From: Azolla caroliniana
Lineage: Eukaryota; Plantae; Polypodiophyta
Direction of reading: 5' to 3'
Assembly: GCA_043228905.1 (NCBI GenBank)
Contig: JBHGNT010000007.1
Location: forward strand, 15,748,001 to 15,812,000
Length of the DNA stretch: 64,000 nt
The position numbers and the translations under genes are program-made. Position 1 is the stretch's first letter. The number at the start of each line of letters is the position of its first letter. The notes beneath the pieces were generated by a model. It saw nothing but the letters and a program-made list of their open reading frames with translations, did not search any database and was not told the origin of the DNA. Positions 9,008 through 17,880 of this stretch are shown in pieces.

Positions 9008-12000
9008 ATGCTATTCAAGGCAGAACACGTGCAACCGTCAAAATTAAAGAGTGACATGCTAATTATGGCAGGGGACGCGCGAAAAACAGGAAAAGGCGGC
9101 TCGAGGGAAACGCCACTATATAAAGGAAGAACCGGAGAAGGGTTCACTTTTTACGAATTTTCCCACAAGCAAACGCAGGCTCAAGACAGCGAGATCCGAC
9201 GCGCAGAACACCTACACCCCGACCTCAGACCACAGGCAGCAGCAGACGAAGAAGAAGCGATGGCACTGTCGGACGGAGCGCGACAATGGCTGACAGAGAA
9301 CGGATTAGGAGGGCTGCTGCGGGTCGCTGACGCTCCACCACACAAGGAACCAGAGCAGGCGGCAACAGCGGTGGACTTAGCAGAGGTCACTGAAGGAGCG
9401 GTACAAGCGCTCACAGGGATTTCGGAGGGAGGACTTCAGACGATAGAGCTACCCTCGAGCCAAATATTCTTCGAGTATTTCGGCGAATACTCCCTTAGCA
9501 GCAAGGCGTATCGCACACAGGGCGGAGACAACCTGCTGTTCGGAGAGGTGGCCCGCGCCCTGATGGAGTACGGGTTCGTGAACCCTCGTCCGGCAGCCAT
9601 AGCCAAATACCGAGCAGCGATCGTCATCGCGACATTCGAAGGCCTGCAGGTGGACTGGCTCCATTTCATCACCGAAGGACTGAAAGAGGCGATCAAGCAC
9701 TTAGTGGAAGGGAAGAAGCCATGGGCCGGAATATCCCAATGGTTAACAGTGTTGGTCCCACCGGTGTCCCCCATCAAGCACAAGCAAAGAAGTCGGCAGG
9801 AGACTACCCCGAAGCAAACCATGAAGCGACGACGAATCCTAGAGAAACACACTCCAGGATGGACACAGGAAGAAGAAGCGCCGCGGGAAGAAGGATCATC
9901 CCGACAGCCGCGGAAAGAAGGCTCAGCTCGACAACCGCGGGAAGAAGACTCATCCCGACAGCAAAGAGAGGAAGGCTCATCACGGCAGCCACAGAAACAG
10001 CAACAGCAACCGACAATGAAGAAGAAAAAGGCGGAAAAAGGCAAAGAGAAGCTGGCAAAGAAGACCAGCAAGAGGCAAACCGACACCGAACCAGTAACGC
10101 TCGAATCGGAACCGGTACCAGTAAAGGAACCAATAGTGGCACCGACGGAGGACGCTGAAACAGAGGAAGACTCATCCGAACCGATGTTAATACTACCACC
10201 CAGGCAAGGAAAGGAGAAACGAGCGACAAGACTAACCCCAACAGCGGACGGAACTCAGCAACGGGCAAAAGAACCGCCTCCAGTAACCGGTACAGAAGCG
10301 ACACAGGATGAAGGTCCGTCTGCACCAGAGACGGCAGTACCGGAACCGACGGCGGCGGAGTTCGAAGAACAAAGAAAGGAACAAGAGCCGGAACAAGAGA
10401 AGAGGCCGGAGAAACAGCCGGAGCTAGGCACGCCTGCTGACACCAACGAAGGCAGAACAAAGGCACAATGGCTAAGGTGGTTGTCAGGACAGTTGTCGGG
10501 AGTAGCAGACCAGATGGAGAAAGAGGAGGAGCAAAGAGAAGAAGTGACTAGGACGATGACTAAGGATATGGTAATGCTCCGGGCACAATTACATGAGCTG
10601 CAAGAAGAGCTAGCACAGGCAAAAGAAGGCAGCCGACAAGCACAAGATGGCACCGAGCCGGTCGGGACATCAGAAAAGCAAGCCGAACCAGAAACGGAGA
10701 AGGCCTTGCAAACCGGCCCTGAGACCGAGAAGTTAATAGCAACTTTGAAAGAAGAATTACAGGCTCAGGAGGCTTTGAGAGATAACGAAAGAGAGCAGCG
10801 GAAGTTGGTAGAAGACGACAGACGGCGAATGGAGGAAGGCCTTCGCCGAAGCAAAGCCACCAATGACCGACTACAAGAAGAAAACGGGACACTGCAAAAG
10901 GAAAAAGATAGGCTGCGCCGACGAATGGAGCAGGAAATTGAGCGGTTGCGAGAGGAACTCCGACAACAAAAGGACCGGGATGATCAGTTGCGAGCTCAGG
11001 CGAACCGACGCCTAAAACAGAAGACGGAGGAATTCGACAGACTATGTAAGGATTATAAACAGGCCACGTCGGACATCAAGAATCAGGCAGCAACGTACGA
11101 CCGACAGATAGAGAAGCTGAAAGAGCAGCTCAAGGAAAACCGCTTGGAATTGTCCAAAGCAAGGGAGGAAGTATCGGCGGAGAAGACCTTGACGTCGGAA
11201 CAAAGAAAGGAGATGGAAGTACTTCGGCAAAAAGTAGGGGAGCTGACAAAGAGCAGGAATGAGGAGAAAGTGAAGTTGACTTTCGAAATCAACAAATGGC
11301 GGAGTACCTGTGACAAGCAAAAAGTCGACTCTGAAGCTCAAGCTCAGTTAATGGCCGACATCATCAAACGGATAAGGAAGGAAAAACAAGCAGCTTCGGA
11401 ACAGGCTAAAGCAGGGGTTGACCGAATTAAGTTCATCATGTCAAGCTGGAGTACCCGAGCTCAGGCCAGCATAAATGAAAGCACGGAGAAACTCTGGAAG
11501 GAATGGGCACAACAGGCAGCTGAACTGCAGATACTCCGAGCTGATGCAGAAAATCGGAAGAAAAACGGAGATGGGTTCTATAAAATGGACGAAGAAAGTA
11601 TCGTCAACATCCGGGAAGAACTGTCGGAGGATTTCTATGCTCTAGCAGAAGAGCATCTCAAGGAAATCCGAGGGTTAGTAGAGAGGTTGGATGACGGGCA
11701 GCTCGAAACCCAACTAGAATTGGAAGGGTACGAGAAGGACCGACTGCGACAGGAAGCCGAGGGACACACAACGCCGATCTCCATTAGTGAGGGCGAGCGA
11801 TCGGCTGAAGAAGACCCAACCAACAATGTACCCCGACAAGAATTACCCGAGGAAGAACTTCCGGAGCAAGAGCAGGTTGATGCCGGGGATGATGCAGAGT
11901 GGAGACAGAGAAGTACCGAATCCGGGGAGGAAAGGACACAACCAGTGGAAACCGGAGAGAGCGATACCGGGAACGGAACGGAGGTGGAGCAGGACAGACC

Positions 12001-12163
12001 CGGACAGGATACAGAAGAAACACCGGTACCACCGGTACAAGCAGAGTCGGAGCAGCAAGATGCGGAAAGGCAGCCAATCCAATCGGAAGTCGGAGACGGC
12101 ACAGGCAAAACAACACTTGAAACCTCCGAGCGGAGTTTGCTGGATAATTTGGAGGAAGACTGA
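9008..12163 (+). CDS. E1 ORF2: conserved N-terminal domain, low-complexity linker, long coiled coil (likely start ATG 9260)
   Basis: 1051-aa open frame, E/K/R/Q-rich; N- and C-terminal blocks match the decayed ORF2 of E3. Confidence 0.9.
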   Translation: MLFKAEHVQPSKLKSDMLIMAGDARKTGKGGSRETPLYKGRTGEGFTFYEFSHKQTQAQDSEIRRAEHLHPDLRPQAAADEEEAMALSDGARQWLTENGLGGLLRVADAPPHKEPEQAATAVDLAEVTEGAVQALTGISEGGLQTIELPSSQIFFEYFGEYSLSSKAYRTQGGDNLLFGEVARALMEYGFVNPRPAAIAKYRAAIVIATFEGLQVDWLHFITEGLKEAIKHLVEGKKPWAGISQWLTVLVPPVSPIKHKQRSRQETTPKQTMKRRRILEKHTPGWTQEEEAPREEGSSRQPRKEGSARQPREEDSSRQQREEGSSRQPQKQQQQPTMKKKKAEKGKEKLAKKTSKRQTDTEPVTLESEPVPVKEPIVAPTEDAETEEDSSEPMLILPPRQGKEKRATRLTPTADGTQQRAKEPPPVTGTEATQDEGPSAPETAVPEPTAAEFEEQRKEQEPEQEKRPEKQPELGTPADTNEGRTKAQWLRWLSGQLSGVADQMEKEEEQREEVTRTMTKDMVMLRAQLHELQEELAQAKEGSRQAQDGTEPVGTSEKQAEPETEKALQTGPETEKLIATLKEELQAQEALRDNEREQRKLVEDDRRRMEEGLRRSKATNDRLQEENGTLQKEKDRLRRRMEQEIERLREELRQQKDRDDQLRAQANRRLKQKTEEFDRLCKDYKQATSDIKNQAATYDRQIEKLKEQLKENRLELSKAREEVSAEKTLTSEQRKEMEVLRQKVGELTKSRNEEKVKLTFEINKWRSTCDKQKVDSEAQAQLMADIIKRIRKEKQAASEQAKAGVDRIKFIMSSWSTRAQASINESTEKLWKEWAQQAAELQILRADAENRKKNGDGFYKMDEESIVNIREELSEDFYALAEEHLKEIRGLVERLDDGQLETQLELEGYEKDRLRQEAEGHTTPISISEGERSAEEDPTNNVPRQELPEEELPEQEQVDAGDDAEWRQRSTESGEERTQPVETGESDTGNGTEVEQDRPGQDTEETPVPPVQAESEQQDAERQPIQSEVGDGTGKTTLETSERSLLDNLEED
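9117..9124 (+). promoter_or_regulatory. Candidate internal TATA box for an E1 ORF2 subgenomic transcript
   Basis: CACTATATAAAGG ~135 nt upstream of ATG 9260, the start that aligns with the E3 homolog. Confidence 0.45.
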
Positions 12164-12170
12164 AGCCGGC

Positions 12171-12211
12171 TGTGGGTTCGAAGTGCAATGCACTTTCCCA
12201 CGGGCGTGCCA
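12171..12211 (+). other. tRNA-Arg(UCU)-like 3' segment ending in CCA at the PPT position of E1
   Basis: TGTGGG TTCG AAGTGC AAT GCACTT T CCCAC GGGCGTGCCA, then 2 nt, then the 3' LTR; no purine tract present. Confidence 0.85.
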
Positions 12212-12213
12212 TG

Positions 12214-12583
12214 TGTTGGCCGGTCAGAGAAGGCAAATGGGAAAGCAAGGTCGGATCGGATAAATATAGAAATAGGAATAGAATTATTAGGAGGGACGGA
12301 TCCGGTAGTTGTAACCGATCCGGATCCGAACCGATTCGGTTTCGGTTAACGGTTGCCTACCGAGCACCGATTGTAATCTGGCCGGATGCCTATAAAAGGA
12401 TCCGATGTTTTGTAATGAAGGGCGAAGAATTAATATAGTTTTGCTTATGCTGATTAATCTTGTCTTCGTCTGTGCTTAAGTGTAATTATCATACGCGTGT
12501 ATTAACATCCTATCCCTACCACCCCTTTGGAGAAGTGTCGGATAGACACCTGTGTTGAGGCTAGTCCAGCCATACATACAACA
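12214..12583 (+). repeat. E1 3' LTR
   Basis: Matches 2372-2741; followed by TSD TCCAT. Confidence 0.97.
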
Positions 12584-12588
12584 TCCAT

Positions 12589-14583
12589 CCGCGCTGCCGT
12601 AATGTACGGTTCTCCCAATATGACCGGGTGCGAGGACGTCTCCTGCACAAAGAAGTGCTGATCTATCTCGACGTCGCCGATCTTGACTCGCACGTTTGGG
12701 CAGGCCCCGTGTAGTTCCTTGGTGGCGCGCGTCGCCGCCCGTATCTTCCACCCATGCTTGGTGTTGATCGACCATTTCCCCTTTCTGTAGAAGTCCATGG
12801 ACATCAGGTTTATTTCCGAACCGTGGTCCACCAGCGCCACCACCGGTTCCCGAACATCTCCGATCTTCACCGGGGTTTCCGTGGTCGCCCGGGCCCAGTG
12901 TGGCCTCGAATAGTGGCTCTCTGCCCACTTGTCTTCCAGCGCCATGTCCTCTATGTGCACCGTCCGTACCTCCACCGGCCTTTCCGGTTCTGCCTCCGTC
13001 GACAGCCTCTTCCTCTTCACCAAGTCTACGATGGAGTCGTGGAACTCCTTCTTGGCGATTCCGAGCACCTCCCGCAACGACAGTTCCACCTTGCTGTCGA
13101 GGATTCGTTCTTCCAGGACCTTTCGTAGGTCCGTGGTCCTTTCGATCTCCGTGCCCAACCGGTATCCGCCCTTCTTGTGGTTATCCCGGGCACTGGTCTC
13201 ATCGGCCTCGTTCTGTTTCGGCCTGAATCGGGTTTCGTATCTCTGTGAGGGTCCGGCCCCTCCGGTTTTACCTACCCGTTTGTCTTCAACCAGAGCCTCG
13301 TAGTTCTGGCAAGCTGCTTCGATGAAACCCGTCTTTTCTTCGATTGGGTCGCTCCACCAGGTTACCTCATGGACCCGCTTCTCCGCGTGGTCCGCCTCGT
13401 CTTTCTTTAGTCAGGCACCGGCGAGGCCTTCCAGCATTGTCGGCCAGAACCCGGCTTTGCTCTCCTTCCGGGCCTCGCTGCCTTCGACCCGAATACCGGC
13501 TGACGCCGAGTAGTGGATGGTCTCCGTGTGCCGGGCCGCCGCCTCTTCCATCAGCCTTTTCATTCCTCCTCGCCCGTCGTTTCGGTTCAGGGCCCTCCGG
13601 GTATCGCTGGCGTGCACCCATCCTTCCCACAGGTACACTACCCGGCTTCTCAAAGCCTTCGCAAAGTCCCCGCAGTCTTTCCGGATGTGGCCGACGTCGT
13701 CGCACCACATGCACCTATTTCCCGCCGGAGGCCGTCGGTCACGAGCCTGTTCGCCGCCTTCCCTCTTAGCCTGGGCGATCTGGAGATCCTTTACCGCTCG
13801 TGTCAACTCCTCCAAAGCTGTTCCCCCGGACGAGCCTCTAACCACGCCGGTCGAAGCCGAACCAGTTTCGAGCCACTCCCGGGTCTCTTCCCTTCGCGCC
13901 TGCGGTATCGGTTCGAGCTTCCTTGCTGCGACAGGACCCGCCCCGGTCGCCCCTGTATCAGCCCACTCCCACCGTTTGTCAAAACGGCCGTAGACTCTTT
14001 TTACCGCGGCCCAGTTGGTCGTCAGCCCGTCTTCGGTTTCAAGTAAGGAGCCCACTTGCCCCCGATCCCGTGCGTCAACCGATTTGACAAACAGTAGGAG
14101 ACGACTTGTGTCCAGAACGGTCCGATCGAGCGCCGAAAGGCGCGCAAAGAGTTCCTCAAACTCCCGGAGGAGTACCGACGCATTTCTTCCTTTGTTGGAG
14201 GACTCCACCCACTCGATGAAGCCCCGCTTCGAAAGTCGAAGCGCGTCATCCAGCCCGTATTTCTCCAGGAGCCGTCCTTCGAACTCCTCCCAGGTCCGGC
14301 TCTCCGCCCGGACTTCGAGCACCTCCGCATGGATGCCCGGCATCGCCACTCGAGGGAATCCGGAAAGACGCCTCTCTTCCGGAATATCCCTCATCAACAT
14401 CTCCGCCCGGTAGGACGCCAAATAACTCGTGGCATCCTTTCCACTGAACCGGCCGATTGTATCGACGATTGCCTCAATAGCCCTGTCAAGGGTGCCGGTG
14501 CCCTCGCGCGCGCTCACTATCCGGTCCATGGCCTCTGCAAGATCCGACCCCCTCATCTTCTGCTCCTCTGCCACCTCTTTCAC
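12589..14583 (-). pseudogene. Element F gag + aspartic protease (frame-disrupted near 13400)
   Basis: ORFs 13411-14583 (FSGKDATSYL, CCHC knuckle) and 12502-13158 (LSLREVLGI, VDHGSEINLM, PVILGEPY). Confidence 0.85.
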
Positions 14584-14596
14584 GTTGGGTTCACCA
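14580..14596 (-). promoter_or_regulatory. Element F PBS, tRNA-Trp (TGGTGAACCCAACGTGA)
   Basis: 4 nt from the LTR; one mismatch to the complement of the recalled plant tRNA-Trp 3' end (UCACGUCGGGUUCACCA). Confidence 0.8.
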
Positions 14597-14600
14597 AATA

Positions 14601-15250
14601 TGTCGCGTTGTTACGCGAGAGCGTGGAGAAACGAGGCGGGACCACCGGGGTCTTGAACCGAAGAGCAGGTGATAGAAGGGGGAAAGAGAAAGAGAGAGAC
14701 GCCCGGTTACGTATGAGCAAAGGAACACAGGGACACGACCCATCAACGCAGAAGACATGAATGGACATAGAGACAGAGAGACACGAAAGTTTGTGTATTA
14801 ACGAATAACAATTAAACAACAGAGCACGTGAGCAGTTACAACCGAACAGGCCGGCGAACAGATGCCGATGCCTGCTCGTTTGCGCACGAAAGGGGATAGG
14901 ATGGAGGTGCTGCCGGAAGCACACGGGCGTTCCTCGAAGCAGCGCGAGCCTCCCGAAAACCTGCAGGGAAGAGTGATGGAGAACGAACAGAGGAGAAATG
15001 TTCGGTTACGGTCCGACAACACTTCGTCCTCCTCAATGCGCGATCCCCCTCTCCCCGCGTCTCCCTCTCTTTTATAGCTTCAAGAAGGGAGCCGTTCCCT
15101 CATTTACTTCCTACCTACCGAATCTAATTACCTAGGATATACCTATGTACCTAATTCCCTATTATATACATTAAAGGGCGCGCACGCGTGAAGAGCCGGT
15201 TCACACGCGCTATGCACCGATTGCGCCAAGGGACGGTTTTCTTCACGACA
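14601..15250 (-). repeat. Element F 5' LTR (650 bp)
   Basis: TGTCG/CGACA terminal inverted repeats; minus-strand TATA (GCTATAAAAG) near 15075; adjacent PBS. Confidence 0.85.
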
Positions 15251-15782
15251 ACGCGTGATAGAAATAAGCTACACATGCATATCTAGCGTGCATGAGAACT
15301 ATAGTTGATAAAAACGCACAAGGTTAGAAAAATCTTGATCAATTTTAGATAAAAAAAGAGCATGTTAGAGAAAGCATATAGTCTATAGATAGAGAAAGCA
15401 TGGAGTCCATAGTTAAAGAAAAAACATGGATTGCGAAGACTCTCTCATCACTATATAAGGATGGGGAGCACAATGTAATAGGGGAGAGAAAATTATGGAT
15501 GAAAAATCATTAGGGTTCTAAAATAATGATTAATAAAATAAACTATGCTTGTGGGATTCACTAGGTTTCTATATCCTTCTTTTTCAATCTAAATTCATAT
15601 TCTTATCTAAATATTAAAAAAAGGATCTAATACAATACACTCGTGGGATTCACGAGGTTTTATATCTCTTTCTTATAATCTACTCATAACTAGATTAGCC
15701 TCAAATTCTTCCTCCTCCTAGTCCGTAACCCCTGCGGTTCCCACCCGACTCACACAACGATTCGGTGCCGAAAGGCACGACA
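15251..15782 (+). repeat. Right part of another LTR (ends CACGACA), itself the target of element F
   Basis: TATA CTATATAAGG near 15452; ends ..GGCACGACA followed by CCGG and then Copia gag sequence. Confidence 0.6.
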
Positions 15783-16807
15783 CCGGTTTTTCCGGTTACG
15801 AATCCTTCTGATCCTTTAGCGTAGTGCAAACTTTTTTGACTCCCTTGTCTGACCTTGCTAGATCCGGATTTGTCCGAATCGACTCGTTTCTTCCAACACT
15901 CGCTCTCCTTGTGGCCTTTCTTGCCACATTACCAACATTCCATGTCAGCTTTTTATTGCCGGTTTCCGGCGCCACTTTGACTCCCCCTGATTGTGGAGGG
16001 TCTGGAACTGCTATTGGCAAGTCGGTTATGCCTTTGTGTTTGCTCTTGTCGGCCACCACTATTGCGTGCCCATCCACCTCGTCCTCCATGCCCAGGGGGG
16101 CGATCTACCTCCGTGTACAACATCTGGTTGTCCGACTGAGTGGTCCTCGACCCACTTGTGTGGTTTTCTTTGACCATCAACATCAATCGCATGTCGAAGA
16201 AGGATATTGGGTTCTCCCATGTGCATATTGCTGTTCGGATTGACCCGTACCTTTGTGCTAGACCACTAAGGCAAATTTGCACCATCTCGTCTTCGTCCAC
16301 CATCACATTGATGAAACCTAATGCATCGTAGATCTCCTTGATCTTGGTGGTGTAGTCGGTAACTGACATGTCCCTTTGCTAGATGTTGTTGAACTCTTGC
16401 CGGAGCTGCAACTTCTGGGCCGTGGTACTAGTGGCAAAAATCTTCTTGAGATTTTCCCAGGCTTCCTTCAGCGTTTTTGCGTGTCTGATGTATTTGAGCA
16501 TCAGATCGTGCACATAGGACACGGGGCAGTACAACACTTTGCTCGCTACTTGTTCCCATACTAGGAAGTCCTTGTGTGCCGGATCCGGCGCTACTTCGTT
16601 CGCTCCTTCGACATAACTCTAGTAGTCGTGCCCTAGCAAGTACTGGTGCATCTTGTAGGACCAAGGTGCATAGTTGCTTCGATCGAGCTTCTTTGTTTGA
16701 AGTGAACTTGCCATTGCTCTGCCCATTTCTCTCTTCTTTTGCTGTTCTTACCGGGTGTTAGGCTTGGTTTTGTTTGAGCTCTTTGTCGGTAGCAGAGGAT
16801 TCTCAAC

Positions 16808-17417
16808 CCTCGTGCTCTGATACCATGTAAAGAGTTATGTGCGGAAGCTCATAGACACAACCAACTCAGTTGGATAGCAACAGAAAATGAATGAAGTTTT
16901 AATGGAAAGCTTGGAAATATACAAAGAGTACGCGGGGAGGGGGGGGGGGGGGGGGTGAGAGAGAGAGAGAGAGCAGAACAAAACGTCTATTTCAAAATGA
17001 TAGTCAATACTCTGTACATAGAACTGTGCTTAGAGAGCACTTTTATACAAGTCCTTAAAAGAACTTATAGAAGTACTGACAAGTACTTCAATGCTCATAA
17101 CTAAGGTATGACACTCGTGCTCTAATACCATGTAAAGAGTTATGTGCGGAAGCTCATAGACAAAAACAGCTCAGCTGGATAGCAACAGAAAATGAATGAA
17201 GTTTTAATGGAAAGCTTGGAAATATACAAAGAGTACGCGCAGGGGGGGGGTGGGGGGGGGAGAGAGAGAGAGAGAGCAGAACAAAACGTCTATTTCAAAA
17301 TGACACTCAATACTCTGTACATAGATTTGTGCTTAGAGAGCACTTTTATACAAGTCCTTTAAAGGACTTATAGAAGTATTGACAAGTACTTCAATGCTCA
17401 TAACTGAGGTATGACAC
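16808..17417. repeat. Tandem duplication (~305 bp x2) of PBS + LTR end of Copia C1
   Basis: CTCGTGCTCT(G/A)ATACCATGTAAAGAGTTATG...GGTATGACAC occurs twice. Confidence 0.9.
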
Positions 17418-17433
17418 AAACTCCCAAAAATAT

Positions 17434-17880
17434 TGTTGAGCGGACAAGCTCAACCGGATCTGGATTGACTAAATAAGCCAGAACCGAATCGGTATCCAGA
17501 ACGGAGAACCGGACAGGTATCTAGATCGGTATCCGGAACCAAGAGCCGGATCAGAGTATAACCGGTAGGCCGTTAGAAGCCTACGGTCTTAGCCTAGTAC
17601 GTAGGCCTATTTCTTGGAGTTAGTGTCATTCGCTCGTACGAGCATTGAAGTACATGTCAGTACTTATGCCAGTCCTTTTATGAACTTGTATGAAAGTGCT
17701 CATTGAGCACATTGTATGTACAGAGTGTTATTATTTTGAATTGAGTTGACTGTTTTGCTCTCTCCATCTCTCCTGCGTACTCTCTATGTGATTGATGGTT
17801 CCATTAAACCTTAGTTCAGTTTCTGTTGCTATCCAGTAGAGCTGGTTGTGTTTACGAGCTTCTACGCGCAATTCTTCTCA
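17434..17880 (+). mobile_element. Solo LTR of the C1/C2 Copia family, inserted antisense into the C1 LTR
   Basis: TGTTGAGC...TTCTCA flanked by TSD AATAT (17429-17433 and 17881-17885). Confidence 0.9.

Larger units (their letters stand above)
2372..12583 (+). mobile_element. E1: intact full-length non-chromovirus Ty3/Gypsy (OTA/Athila-Tat-like), 10.2 kb, two ORFs
   Basis: 370-bp LTRs 2372-2741 and 12214-12583 (TG..CA, no differences seen by eye); TSD TCCAT at 2367-2371 and 12584-12588; uninterrupted gag-pol and ORF2. Confidence 0.97.
1..15250 (-). mobile_element. Ty3/Gypsy element F (5' LTR, PBS-Trp, gag, protease, pol), interrupted by E1; 3' part outside the window
   Basis: LTR 14601-15250 with TGTCG..CGACA termini, adjacent PBS, gag 13411-14583 with CMWCDDVGHIRKDC, protease VALVDHGSEINLM. 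Removing E1 and one TCCAT copy restores ...YITAARM-ETKVLDNG... Confidence 0.9.

Noticed and set aside
9008-12163. ORF2 as a retroviral Env or a captured host myosin/SMC gene
   Set aside because: No evident signal peptide or TM helix, no motor/ATPase motif, no introns; the resemblance is generic coiled-coil composition.
12171-12211. A real tRNA gene or SINE head
   Set aside because: Only the T-arm and acceptor 3' strand are present, with no D or anticodon arm; CCA is encoded; position is fixed next to the LTR in three elements.
2742-12263. Many antisense and alternate-frame ORFs over E1, including the poly-Phe ORF 8340-8912
   Set aside because: Shadows of GC-rich coding sequence and of the A-tract.
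2372-12583. E1 is really minus-oriented (module = its normal PBS) with an inverted interior
   Set aside because: The LTR TATA, both ORFs and a second PBS all point to +; neither end has a PPT; E3 shows the same layout.
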